From the IMG/VR virus record IMGVR_UViG_3300042507_005574: DNA of 64,000 nt; one strand, written 5' to 3'. The position numbers and the translations under genes were made by a program. The notes under the pieces were generated by a model. That model made no database searches and had not been told where the DNA came from. It saw only the letters and a list, made by a program, of their open reading frames with translations. Positions 49,160-60,500 of this stretch are shown here, piece by piece. Origin of the DNA: a virus. The number at the start of each line of letters is the position of its first letter. Positions within the stretch are counted from its first letter, which is position 1.

Positions 49160-49999
49160 ATGGCTGAAATAAATGCATCATATATTAAAAGACAAATAGC
49201 CAAATTGGCATATCAAGATCCAAGGGGAGATGGATTTGAAAGGGTATTTCCAGATATACCTGTTGATCCTGGTGTAAACCAAGACTGTTGCGCCACAGAC
49301 GGGGGAACAAATCCGATGGATATGCCCTGCGCTGGAATGTTTGTTTATATTTGGACTACACTCGTACCCGCATGTCTAAGAGAACAAAAAATAGTGGATG
49401 ATCCTGCACCATTCCTACAGAACGATAGTGTTCAAGCATTTCAATTTTTACTTGCAGAGATGCAAAACTACTTAATCAAAAATCCGTCTTGGAGACCAGA
49501 AGATTTAAGTTTGTCTCCCGAAGATTTTGACCGTTATAATGATGCAAACGACGATTTTCCTGTAACAATCCCTCCACACCTATATTTGGGGGACTGGGAC
49601 TGTGAAATTGATATTTGGAAAATTATACCATACAGCGATACAAATTTCGACTGGCCACGGGACGAGACTGGAGAACCAATTGGGCCAAATCTGCCAGGCG
49701 ACCGTGCCAACAGAAAAATTAAACTACAGGAAATACTTCAGTGTTTTCGTAGATTTTATGCATCAGTTTTGGCGCAACAGGGCGAACACACTTTAAATTG
49801 GGATCTCAACAATCCATGTTGTTCTATTGCAAATTTGAATAAAATGATGACCATAATGAGACTTTTTGCTTGCCTCAGCACCATAACAGAGGGGAATATT
49901 CCTCACGCCGCCGGTGGAACTCGTATTATTTCAGATAAACTTAGACAAAAAATGATAAAATGTATAAATTGCATCGATAAGAAGTGTCAATTAGCGTAA
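49160..49999 (+). CDS. Hypothetical Cys-containing protein inserted between the gp7-like gene and gp8
   Basis: 279-aa ORF with an AAGGA SD and several CC/CxxC motifs. Confidence 0.65.
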   Translation: MAEINASYIKRQIAKLAYQDPRGDGFERVFPDIPVDPGVNQDCCATDGGTNPMDMPCAGMFVYIWTTLVPACLREQKIVDDPAPFLQNDSVQAFQFLLAEMQNYLIKNPSWRPEDLSLSPEDFDRYNDANDDFPVTIPPHLYLGDWDCEIDIWKIIPYSDTNFDWPRDETGEPIGPNLPGDRANRKIKLQEILQCFRRFYASVLAQQGEHTLNWDLNNPCCSIANLNKMMTIMRLFACLSTITEGNIPHAAGGTRIISDKLRQKMIKCINCIDKKCQLA

Positions 50000-50070
50000 C
50001 TCTAAACAAATACTCGTACCAATAACAATCAAAGTTTTAACTCAAATTTGCTTTCTAAATAGGAATAGCC

Positions 50071-52407
50071 ATGCCAAGTTGCGACCCATTTCGTCAAAAC
50101 CACAGACGCTTCATAGCAGATACTATATTGGATGAATATAGTGATTTATCCGATGAGAATTTTTTTCTCTGTATTGGAAAGGTAACCCCTTGGGGAATAA
50201 CAGGATCTGATTTTCCCCCACAGTCAGTAGATTCCGTTCAAGATGAGACAAACTTTTGGCGGAATCTTATAGCAGCAAAAAGAATAAACAAATCTGATTG
50301 TTCTATGCTTGTTAGACGAATAGATTGGAATCCAGGAGAGATATATCAACCATATAGAAATGACATAGATTTATTTGATGATGTTGAGCCTGCTAGGTTT
50401 TATGTCTTGGTAGACGAAGAGAGGGTTTATGTTTGTGTAGATAATAATCTTGGAAATCCCTCTACAGTTCCTCCAACTCACACGGACACGATTGTTCGTA
50501 AGTTGTCCGATGGGTATAGATGGAAGTTTCTCTATCAAGTACCTGAAAGCAAAAGAAAGTTTTTGACAAAATCTCGGACTGGAGCATTAGGTTATATTCC
50601 AGTTGAATTTGTAGAATTTCTTCGTGTAAATGATGATAGATTTTTGCAATGGGAAGTTCAAAATTCAGCAGTTGATGGCAAGATTGAATTTGCTTATATG
50701 GATGAAGCAGCAAAAGCATATTGGGTTAGTACATTATCATGCATACTTCCATCCAGTGCAAATTTAGTAACCTTGAACGCTGCTCCCGGTGCAACTACAG
50801 TTTATATTGCTGCTCCTGAGTTAACTCCTAATTCCGCTCTTTATAATGATATGATTATTTCATTTGACGGTGGACCCGGACAGGGACAGAGAAGACAGAT
50901 TAAAGATTATACATGGCAGGGAACTTCCGCAAAAATTTTTATAGATCCTTTAGTTTTAGGTTTATCCGGTACATCCGATCCCAACAAACAATCATATTTT
51001 AGCATTCAACCGAGAATTACAGTCAGAGGTGATGGTAAAGCATATGAAAACATCAATAACCCTGACATAAAAACTGCCGATTTTCAAATCAAATTTGGGG
51101 AGACTGCAAACACAGACTTGGAATGTAGTGTTGTGTCACCAAGATATATTAAAAGTATTGAGATTGTAGATGGTGGAAAGAACTACACATTTGCCGAACT
51201 TGATATCCCTAAAGGATTAACTACATTAGTTTCTAACACACCATTTGAATATACAGATCTGAAAAAAGTTTTACACGCAGTTATACCGCCCCCCGGAGGT
51301 CATGGTGCTAATCCTCTCCGTGAACTTGGTGCAGCATCATTCATGATTGTTAAAAATTATGAAAGAGATGAAGACGGCAAAGTAGATACTGACAATGATT
51401 TTAGACAATTTGGTATTCTAAGAAATCCCATTTTGAGTGAGAAGCAAGTCAGAATTAAATTCAATCAGGCTGGCCTCAGCGGTTCGTTCACTGTTGGTGC
51501 AACTGCAATGCAGATGACTGGTGCGTATGGTGCGCCTTATGGTAAGGTAGTCGAGTGGTGTCCTGGATATTCAGGTGTAACGGCGACTAGTGAATTAGTT
51601 CTTACGAATATTCGTGGGGGCACATTTGCTGCGGGTGCTACAATGTCAGGACTTACCATTTTCGATGTTGTTACGAAAACTGTTGCTGGCTCTGAGGCGA
51701 GGCACTTATTAAATCTAACTCTGACACCTGAAAATGTAGAATTTTTATCTGTCGGTGGTGACTATAAGAGAAAGCATTTTGCACATGGGGTTGGAGATAG
51801 AAGGGTAAATATTCCACAGTCGAGAGCCTCCGGTGAAATTTGCAGTTGGCTTGCGTCTGGAGGAACACTTCTATATGGAACCTTGAAACTGGAAAATCCC
51901 AAAGGGAAATTCTACATCGGTGAAACAGTTCTTCAGACAGAACCATATTTCTCGGGATCTAATGGATCTACGGGCCAAGGTAAAATTTATGCAATTGACA
52001 CAGAAGTTTGCTGTTCACCCGCAACATACGATTTAACCACTTCTTTAACACTTTATGGTGAGGGTTTCGAAAACGATACTTTCTATAAAGATTCTTTTGT
52101 CTCTTTCCTGACAGGATCAACAGAGGGTAATGGATATATTGTTGATTGGAATCCCGTTACCGGAGGAACAAGTGGTGTTCTTCGTCTTGCAGGGGTTCAG
52201 GGTGATATAGTTAAAGGTCAATTAATCGATTACACCACTTTAGGGGCATCAGGAACTACCGTTACCATAAGTGGGTCAGTTCTTTCGGTGGATCACTCGG
52301 GAGAACTTAAATATAGGTCTGGAGAAGTGCTATACATACAGAATATCAAACCTATACAAAGGGATTTGGAGCAGAGGGAAGAAATCAAACTTGTCATCGA
52401 TTTCTAA
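50071..52407 (+). CDS. gp8: Baseplate wedge subunit
   Basis: IGKVTPW, RRIDW, VYVCVDN, STVPPT, DGYRWKFLY, PPGGHGANP, NDFRQFGILRNP, SGEVLYIQN..PI.R..EQREEIKLVIDF. CTAAATA at 50055. Confidence 0.9.
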   Translation: MPSCDPFRQNHRRFIADTILDEYSDLSDENFFLCIGKVTPWGITGSDFPPQSVDSVQDETNFWRNLIAAKRINKSDCSMLVRRIDWNPGEIYQPYRNDIDLFDDVEPARFYVLVDEERVYVCVDNNLGNPSTVPPTHTDTIVRKLSDGYRWKFLYQVPESKRKFLTKSRTGALGYIPVEFVEFLRVNDDRFLQWEVQNSAVDGKIEFAYMDEAAKAYWVSTLSCILPSSANLVTLNAAPGATTVYIAAPELTPNSALYNDMIISFDGGPGQGQRRQIKDYTWQGTSAKIFIDPLVLGLSGTSDPNKQSYFSIQPRITVRGDGKAYENINNPDIKTADFQIKFGETANTDLECSVVSPRYIKSIEIVDGGKNYTFAELDIPKGLTTLVSNTPFEYTDLKKVLHAVIPPPGGHGANPLRELGAASFMIVKNYERDEDGKVDTDNDFRQFGILRNPILSEKQVRIKFNQAGLSGSFTVGATAMQMTGAYGAPYGKVVEWCPGYSGVTATSELVLTNIRGGTFAAGATMSGLTIFDVVTKTVAGSEARHLLNLTLTPENVEFLSVGGDYKRKHFAHGVGDRRVNIPQSRASGEICSWLASGGTLLYGTLKLENPKGKFYIGETVLQTEPYFSGSNGSTGQGKIYAIDTEVCCSPATYDLTTSLTLYGEGFENDTFYKDSFVSFLTGSTEGNGYIVDWNPVTGGTSGVLRLAGVQGDIVKGQLIDYTTLGASGTTVTISGSVLSVDHSGELKYRSGEVLYIQNIKPIQRDLEQREEIKLVIDF

Positions 52408-52422
52408 TAAGTAAGGTAAAAA

Positions 52423-55400
52423 ATGCCATCATATATTCCAGAACTATTCAATACTGACCCTTATTACGATGATTTTAGCGAGAGCAAAAAGTTTCTTCGT
52501 ATTATGTTTAGACCAGGATTTGGTGTTCAAGGTCGTGAACTAACCCAACTTCAAACAATCTTACAGAATCAGATTGAAAGATTCGGTAATCATGTCTTCG
52601 AAGAAGGGAGCATGGTTTTAGATGGTAAGATAACAGTTAATAGTTTGAGATTTGCCCGTGTTTCGGGGCTGTCGGGAACAAATGATGTTTCTGATTTTCT
52701 CGGTACGATAATTTCTGCTGGAGGCAAGGCTAAGGCTAAAATTGTTCATACTGAGAATGGGTACACGGCATCATCGATTGACAATATTCCAGTAGTATTT
52801 TTTGAATACTTAGAAGGCGGAACCGCTTTTGCTTGGGGCGATTACATTGGCGGAACGGCAGGAAATGGAACATATGTTGTCGCTAGCATTACAGGAGCAA
52901 CATCAGGAGTTGTTCCTCCAACCGGAACGGCATTAGTTGTTTCTGTAGATAGCGGAGTTCGCTTCACAGAAGGATTTTTTGTACTGAATGATGCACAGTC
53001 TATCGGTGCTTATTCGCTTTCTGGTTCTGCTGGGTCTCAAGTTAGAATGTACGGATCGCCTACGACAAGAGTCGGTTTAAATGTCGTAAAGGGATTTGTT
53101 CAAGCGGAAGAAGATACATCGCTAAATGACCCCGCATTTGGATCTTACAATTACAACGCACCAGGCGCAGATAGATTCAAAATTGATCTCAATATAGTTC
53201 AATATGGATTTACTGCGGCAAATACAAGTGCAACTGACAACTTCTCACGAAAAGACTTCATAGAATTTTTACGATTAGTTAATGGGAGTCCAATTAAGAT
53301 AGAGAAGTATCCTGATTACGCTGTTCTAGAGGATACATTAGCAAGAAGAACATATGACGAGTCTGGAAACTATACAGTTCGTCCATTTGAACTGAACATG
53401 GTAGATGGACCTGGCATCAGCGGTGATGGTGCTACCGCAAATCTTTTTGCAGATTTAGAACCAGGAAAAGCATATATTTTTGGATATGAGTTTGAAACTC
53501 AAGGAATAACAAGACTTCCTATCAATACAGCCAGAGATGCTGCACATGTCAGAACAATAACTGACAAATATTTCAATAGATCTTTAGGTCCATATTGCAG
53601 AGTTCAATTTACAAATATTGCAAGTTCTTTGACTGGAATTGCATTTGATGACGAGCAACTTGTCTATCTTGGTAGAGGCATTTCAGGTGCTGCAAGAGAT
53701 CAGATAGGCACAGCAAGATTGCGTTGGATAGAACCTTATAGTGTTGCCAATAGTGTCTATAATTTACATCTTTTCAATGTTGAAATGTCTGGAACCGCAT
53801 CGTTTGACGATGTGACTAGAATTCATCACGCATCTTCGGGGACAGCACATGCATTTTCAGTTACTGGAAATGATGGTTTAATCAACCTACAGAATAGTAA
53901 TCTTCTGTTTGAATATCCAACGGGAACAAGAGGTAAAACAGTAACTGATGCTAATTATTCAATCGCAGGCTTCTTTGAAGTGACACTAGGGGCAGGAAAC
54001 TTCCCCTCCGTCGGATCAAATGGTTCAAGAGGTGTTGTCAACATCACTGATTACACTGCAAGTGCGACTGATGTTGCATTCTCTGTTCCACAAGACTATA
54101 CGGTTTTGCCAGATGAAGATGTCATGGCATTCACTAGAAGTGGATTGCCAATTGGTGGGACTGCCTACAGAAGAAATGACCAAGAACTTGATCTGACTTT
54201 AACGGGACCAGGAGTTATATCTGGAGAAAAGGTGTATATCGTAACATCAATCGATGTCCGTGCGCTTGATTACCCTGATCTTCGTAGAAATAAGACTGTC
54301 GTAACCGAAAATATTGGATTTACTGCTGCTGGCGGATTTACTGGAATATTTTCTGGATTAACAACAGATCAATACAATAACAGTGTTCTGTATCTTGCAG
54401 GAAAAGTGGATGTTTTTGATATCATATCTGTTACAGGAGTCAAAGACACAACAACACAACTAAAGCAATACTTCACATTTGACAATGGACAAAGAGATAA
54501 TTTGTATGATTGGTCTAGACTGAGTTTATTGGCGGGAGTCACTGGAGTTACAGGTCCATTCCAAGCAACGATAAAGAGATATGAGAGATCTGGAAATCGT
54601 GGACCATTCATAGTTGATTCCTATCCTTCTCCATACTCTGATATTCCAAAATATTCTAGTAGAACAACTGGAAAGATATATGATCTAGCAGATGTGATCG
54701 ACTTTAGACCTGATCGTGGTTCAAGTGGTAATGTCGTTGGTTATCCTTGGTTCCCAATCAATACTGCTGCAAACGATCAACTTTTCTCGTATCAACACTA
54801 TCTTCCAAGAACAGACAAAATTGTTTTGAATAGAGATAGAACATTCTCAGTAATTAGTGGAGTTCCGAGTCTTGATGCTCAATCTCCACCTGATGATCCG
54901 AATGCAATGACACTCTACTCAGTTACGGTGAATCCATATACATTCGATAAGAAAGATGTGTCTATTAGATTCGTGGAAAATAAGCGTTACACGATGCGTG
55001 ATATCGGTGAACTGGAAAAGAGAATAGAAGCAGTAGAATACTATACAACATTGACGCTTCTTGAACAAGAGGCAAAATCCATATCGATTGTCGATGACAG
55101 CAATATTGAAATTCCTAAGAAGGGTATTTTAGTCGATCAATTCAAGGGACACAATATTGGTGATGTCACCAACTCAATGTATGCTGCATCTGTAGATTTT
55201 GAGAAGAATGAACTTCGTCCTCCATTTGTTTCTCGGGTTTTTGCGCTCACGGGGCCATCAGAAATCTCAGGACTGACAACTTCGGGTGACGGAATCGTGA
55301 CTTTGAACTATACGACACAGGCAGAAATAGTTCAGCCTCTCACTACAAGAACATATACAATTAACCCATCAAATGTTTTCAATTACCTTGGCTCTCTGAT

Positions 55401-57372
55401 GCTGTCTCCTTCTTGTGATTTCTGGTTTGACACAGGAATTACTCCATCAGTAAAGGTCAATGTTGATGGTGAAAATGATGCTTGGCAATCAGGCGATGGT
55501 TTCGGTACACAATGGAACGATTGGGAATCAATTTGGTATGGTCGTGAAGTTGCTAATGAGGTCAATACAAAACAAAATATTGTTGACACGAAGAATTCAG
55601 TGGTTGCAGGAACTAAAGGTCTCAGTTTAGGAAACACATTTAAGTCTGGTGTTCCCGAAGGGATAAAGAGAAAGTCTATCTCTAAAGTCATCCGAAAAGA
55701 TGTCGTTCCTTATATGCGAGACAAAACAATAACAATGAATGCGTATGGCCTAAAGCCAAATACTAAATTCTATGTGTTTGTTGATGATGTTGATATCACA
55801 GCATATTGCACAGGTGGTTCACAAATCACAAGTGAAAAGGGTGAGATCAGTAATCTGAAATATATTATGAGTCAGGATGTGGAAAATGAGTTCTTAACTG
55901 GCCGTAGAGTTTTCAGAATCACCGACAGTAGTACTAATACTGTCTCTGAGACAACTATGGCCGCTGACGCTATTTTCAATTCATCGGGAAGTATTGATAC
56001 TTTACCCGAAGATGAGATACTCTCAACTCGCTCTGCTATTGTTCGTCGTAGATCGACAAAGTCGAATAAAATTCAGTCTAACTTGACAGAGTTATTATCT
56101 ACAGATTTCTTCGGTTATACCGAGCCAATGAGCCAGACTTTCTTTGTGGATCCTGTTAAGTATCCCGATGGTGTGTTTGTGAAAACCGTTGGCGTTGCAT
56201 TTGCAGGAAAAGATAGTGATCCAAATTCTGCGATTACTCTTATGATAAAGCCAACCCAAAGTGGATATCCACACCCCTCAAAGGTGATGCCATTTGGACA
56301 AAGGACTCTGTATTCTTCAAGTATTACAACAACGGAAGACGGATCTACAGAAACAACATTCGATTTCTCAAGTCCAGTTTATCTTCTTCCGGGTAGAGAG
56401 TATGCAATTGCTATTGCAACGAATAGTAGTGATTATATTGTTTTCGGTGCGTCTATCGGTAGTGATCTAATTCGTCTTAGTGAAGGTGACCCAATACAAA
56501 AGGCAACTAAACAACCCGCAATACGCAGCATATTCTTGCCGCAAAATACAGGCAGTCTTTCGAAGAAAGAAACAGATTCCTTAAAATTCTCAGTATATCT
56601 TTGCAAATTCTCGCCGCAGTCTGGATATGTGAAATACGAAAATAATCATGAATCTTATGGATCTGACACTAAGTTCGATCTCATGAGAATCAATATGAAC
56701 TATATTTCACCATCAAACACTTCGACCACATTTAGTGAAAGAGGGTTGTTAGGTGACATTGGCGGTTCTTTCATCGCTGCTCAAGCAAATAAAAATTTGA
56801 ATCGTCCAACTACAAGATCAACGAGAAACATGGGGACAGGTAAATTCTCAGAAGTTAGAGCAAATATGATCGGAAATGCTTATGTTTCTCCTTCTCTTGA
56901 TGTGGAAACATCGCACTATCTTGTAGTTGAAAATAAAGTAAATAATAACTTCGTTGTCGCTACCAATCGTGAATTGTTCCCTAATAATCTGGGCGCAACA
57001 GCACCTAGCGAAGCAAGATACATCACTAAACAAGTAACTCTTGAGCCAGGATTTGAGGCAACAAATGTTCATGTTCAGATGTCTCTCTGTAATCCATACG
57101 ATTCATCTATTCAGGTGTTTGTGAGACCACTTCCTGTTGGGGAAGGTGATTTTAGTAGTATTGGTTACACTCAATTGAATACTACTGACTCAGGATATTC
57201 ACAAAATTCTGATGAGTTCAGAGAAGTGCTTTATACGAGTGACGGATTGGGACTCTCTAAATTTAGGGCGTTCGCCATAAAGATTGTAATGTATTCGTCA
57301 TGCACATCGACTTTACCAAGCGATCCGAGATCTCTACCAAGAATTAGAAATCTAAGATTGGTGGCTACATGA
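52423..57372 (+). CDS. Large virion structural protein (VrlC/DUF4815-like)
   Basis: PYYDDF...RIMFRPG..VQ.RELTQLQTILQNQ, APGADR, LARRTYDESGNY.V, KRYTMRDIG.LE.RI, SQTFFVD, RYITK.VTL. Confidence 0.88.
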   Translation: MPSYIPELFNTDPYYDDFSESKKFLRIMFRPGFGVQGRELTQLQTILQNQIERFGNHVFEEGSMVLDGKITVNSLRFARVSGLSGTNDVSDFLGTIISAGGKAKAKIVHTENGYTASSIDNIPVVFFEYLEGGTAFAWGDYIGGTAGNGTYVVASITGATSGVVPPTGTALVVSVDSGVRFTEGFFVLNDAQSIGAYSLSGSAGSQVRMYGSPTTRVGLNVVKGFVQAEEDTSLNDPAFGSYNYNAPGADRFKIDLNIVQYGFTAANTSATDNFSRKDFIEFLRLVNGSPIKIEKYPDYAVLEDTLARRTYDESGNYTVRPFELNMVDGPGISGDGATANLFADLEPGKAYIFGYEFETQGITRLPINTARDAAHVRTITDKYFNRSLGPYCRVQFTNIASSLTGIAFDDEQLVYLGRGISGAARDQIGTARLRWIEPYSVANSVYNLHLFNVEMSGTASFDDVTRIHHASSGTAHAFSVTGNDGLINLQNSNLLFEYPTGTRGKTVTDANYSIAGFFEVTLGAGNFPSVGSNGSRGVVNITDYTASATDVAFSVPQDYTVLPDEDVMAFTRSGLPIGGTAYRRNDQELDLTLTGPGVISGEKVYIVTSIDVRALDYPDLRRNKTVVTENIGFTAAGGFTGIFSGLTTDQYNNSVLYLAGKVDVFDIISVTGVKDTTTQLKQYFTFDNGQRDNLYDWSRLSLLAGVTGVTGPFQATIKRYERSGNRGPFIVDSYPSPYSDIPKYSSRTTGKIYDLADVIDFRPDRGSSGNVVGYPWFPINTAANDQLFSYQHYLPRTDKIVLNRDRTFSVISGVPSLDAQSPPDDPNAMTLYSVTVNPYTFDKKDVSIRFVENKRYTMRDIGELEKRIEAVEYYTTLTLLEQEAKSISIVDDSNIEIPKKGILVDQFKGHNIGDVTNSMYAASVDFEKNELRPPFVSRVFALTGPSEISGLTTSGDGIVTLNYTTQAEIVQPLTTRTYTINPSNVFNYLGSLMLSPSCDFWFDTGITPSVKVNVDGENDAWQSGDGFGTQWNDWESIWYGREVANEVNTKQNIVDTKNSVVAGTKGLSLGNTFKSGVPEGIKRKSISKVIRKDVVPYMRDKTITMNAYGLKPNTKFYVFVDDVDITAYCTGGSQITSEKGEISNLKYIMSQDVENEFLTGRRVFRITDSSTNTVSETTMAADAIFNSSGSIDTLPEDEILSTRSAIVRRRSTKSNKIQSNLTELLSTDFFGYTEPMSQTFFVDPVKYPDGVFVKTVGVAFAGKDSDPNSAITLMIKPTQSGYPHPSKVMPFGQRTLYSSSITTTEDGSTETTFDFSSPVYLLPGREYAIAIATNSSDYIVFGASIGSDLIRLSEGDPIQKATKQPAIRSIFLPQNTGSLSKKETDSLKFSVYLCKFSPQSGYVKYENNHESYGSDTKFDLMRINMNYISPSNTSTTFSERGLLGDIGGSFIAAQANKNLNRPTTRSTRNMGTGKFSEVRANMIGNAYVSPSLDVETSHYLVVENKVNNNFVVATNRELFPNNLGATAPSEARYITKQVTLEPGFEATNVHVQMSLCNPYDSSIQVFVRPLPVGEGDFSSIGYTQLNTTDSGYSQNSDEFREVLYTSDGLGLSKFRAFAIKIVMYSSCTSTLPSDPRSLPRIRNLRLVAT

Positions 57373-57566
57373 AAGTACCCGTTAAAAATAACAAAATGGT
57401 TCGGGATACAAAAACCAATGCCATTCTCTCAGTCGATATTGATGCCATTAAGGCATACGAAGAGAAGAGAAGAAAGATTCAGACCGAAAGAGATAGACTA
57501 AATAGGCTAGAACTAGAGGTATTGGAACTTCGTTCCATCATAGATCAATTAAGGAATAAGCCATAA
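57369..57566 (+). CDS. Small coiled-coil protein that typically follows the VrlC-like gene
   Basis: MVRDTKTNAILS followed by a C-terminal heptad repeat. Overlaps both neighbours. Confidence 0.75.
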   Translation: MKVPVKNNKMVRDTKTNAILSVDIDAIKAYEEKRRKIQTERDRLNRLELEVLELRSIIDQLRNKP

Positions 57567-60500
57567 TGTCCTGCACATGTACCGGCAACTGCGACCTAAT
57601 TAATATTTCAAATTTAGTCCTATCGGACACATTTCATACATGGTACGATAGAACAAATGAGATAATTGATGCTATAAATCCACTACAAATCTATGATGTT
57701 AATGTTGGGCAAACTGATGGTGGTTTGACTTTAAATTCAACTTGCGTGAATGGTGACACAAACGGTGTCATTACTTTGAAAGTATGGCCTGGACCCGGAA
57801 TTGGTGTCGGTACAACATTAACTCCAAATTACTATCTAAACCACACGATGATAGATGTGTCAAACATGTTGACACTCGGCGTGACGGGTTTCTCAGATGC
57901 GATTGTAGCAAATAGATCACTAACATCATTCCCGAACATAAACGACTGGTTTATAGTCAGTGATACTCTTGATAATAGACTTGGTTCGGGTGCAGGAACT
58001 CCTAAGAGAATTAGCGCACAGCACATTCTGCCCCCAACTGTCTATTTGCCTCCTGGATTTCAATTCAATGGTAATGTCAGTATAAATGGAAATTTGAGTG
58101 TTCAAGGTACTGCATCAAATGTCGATTCAAATGATCTTCGTATAGAAGATAAAGTAATTGAACTTGCATACCATAGAATCGTTGCTATCGATGTCACTGG
58201 TCCAACATATGGGGGATTCCCCGCACAAGGTGCTACCTTCTATTATTATGATCCTGGAGTGACTAATCCAACTGATTACACCACTAGTGGTCAAGTTAGT
58301 GAAGTAAATTTCTATCCATCGTTTACAACACTAAAATTACATAACTTTGTTTTTGGTGGAGTAAATGATATTGTATCGGGAGGCAGTATCAGCATCACGG
58401 GAACTGTTCTTGATTTCTCAATGATTGCTGGACCAACTACTACTGAAAATTTCTATGGTGATATTGAGTTGGATGAAGCGGGGATAAGAGTTCGTGGTTC
58501 GGATAGTGATAAACACTTCATATGGGTTTATGAGCAAGGACCATATCAAGAAGTAGTGAATACATTCATGGCAGACACCAATCTTGGTGTCAGCGGCACA
58601 GATTTACACATTTATTCTTCAAGATTTAAGGCATTTGGTTACTACGACCCAGATGTTGCGGCTTACAAAGATGATTATAATGATAAGTTCCATTTCATCG
58701 GCCATGAAGGAGCAAATACTTCAATAAGACTCGGTGGATTGGGTACAGGAGGATCTTTAGATGCTCCGTATGGATATTGGGGTATTACAAGATATAACTA
58801 CGGTTCTACGGGTTCACAGCAGCCTCTTGTATTCTCTTTCAAACAGAGTTTAAATCACGGGGAACAAGACAAATTCACGATTTGGTCGGGAGCATCGGGT
58901 CCACAATATCCTTACATCACAGGACCAACGGGACAAAGTGATAATGCAATAGACCATTTTGCACAAAGACTGAATGTCGATTTCTTAGATGGTGCACACG
59001 GCACTACGATGCCAACGCCATTCAGCATTCCTGTTGCAAGAGCAAGTGGAACGATTGATCCAGGCTGGATTGACTTCGATAATTCATCAATCGGTAAGTG
59101 TTACTCTGTAACTGCTCATAGTTTTGTAATTGGTGATGTTGTAAGACTTGATCCGGATAATTTAACAATAACTGGTGCGATTGCAACGAGTCCTGAAAAT
59201 GCAGAAGTATTGGGTATCGTTAGTAGAGTTGTGAATGCTAATAATTTCTGTGTTACGACTAAAGGATACATATCAGGTCTTACTGGTACTGCATCTTCAA
59301 GAATCGCATCGATTCTTCCATTGGCACCCGGAAATGCATACTTTTTGAGTGCAGACAATGTTCGTGGAATGATTGCTGATCCTGATGGTGGGGCAAGTCA
59401 ACTCCAACTTGGTGAAATTCGTAAGCCACTTATAGTTGCACTCGGTCCAGATAGTGCCTATGTTCACAATTATCTTGGTGCTGTATTTGGTGGAATTCCA
59501 AGTGGAGGCGGTGCAGGCGCAACAGGAACGCTGAGTGATGTTGTTGATATTCAAGGTCTGATGCCGGTAGGGATCATACAGCCTTTTAGTGGAGAAATTG
59601 AATATATTCCATCAGGGTGGTTGCTATGTGATGGTAGAAGACTCGAAAAATCATTGTGGACAGAACTGCATACCGCTATTGGGCAGAAGTTCTATGCTGA
59701 TGGGACATTGAATAGTTCTTATAACCCTAATGTTGGGGGTAATGTTCCGATAGATATTGCAGGATGGAATCGTGGACTTTTAGTGAATGATGCAGTTACT
59801 GTCGAGGCAACTGTAGGTGGAGTCCTGAGAGAATCGGACACATTTGTTACATCTGTAAATGGAACAACTGTAAGTTTTGACGAAAACACATTTGCATATG
59901 AAACTTTCAATGGAGCAACTTCGTTTAGAATTAGAGGTAGACTAAAGACTCCATCTGAAAGTTATACAAGCGTTTTCTTTATTCCCGACTTACGCCGTAG
60001 AATTCTTGTTGGTGCAACTAAAGGTCTGACAGGTTCCCTTACACCGAGTATTTCTGTCGGTGATATTGGTGGAACGAATCAAGTTACTCTGTCTGCTGCA
60101 AATATTCCACCGCATGAGCATAGACTAACATCTGCATCTATCAATACTGGTTTAGACGCTGAAATCGGAGTTGGTTTTGGTCAACCAACTTCGGACAGTA
60201 CTGTTGATACTTACTTTACTGCCCGTGGCCCTCTAGGGGTAAGTACAGCACAGCCATTCGATAACATGCAAGAGTATGTTACTGTTCATTGGATTATTCG
60301 TGCACAGAAGGGTCTTAGTGCAATTATCCTTACAGGACATAATCATGATGATCGTTATGTTCGCTACGATAGTTCACAGACAGTCACATCCTCACAAAGA
60401 AATACATTTAGATCAAATGCACATGTTTTGAGTGATGGATCTGACGGTGGGGCAACATTCGCAAATAGACTCACCATAACAGGTGGTGCCGTCATAGGTG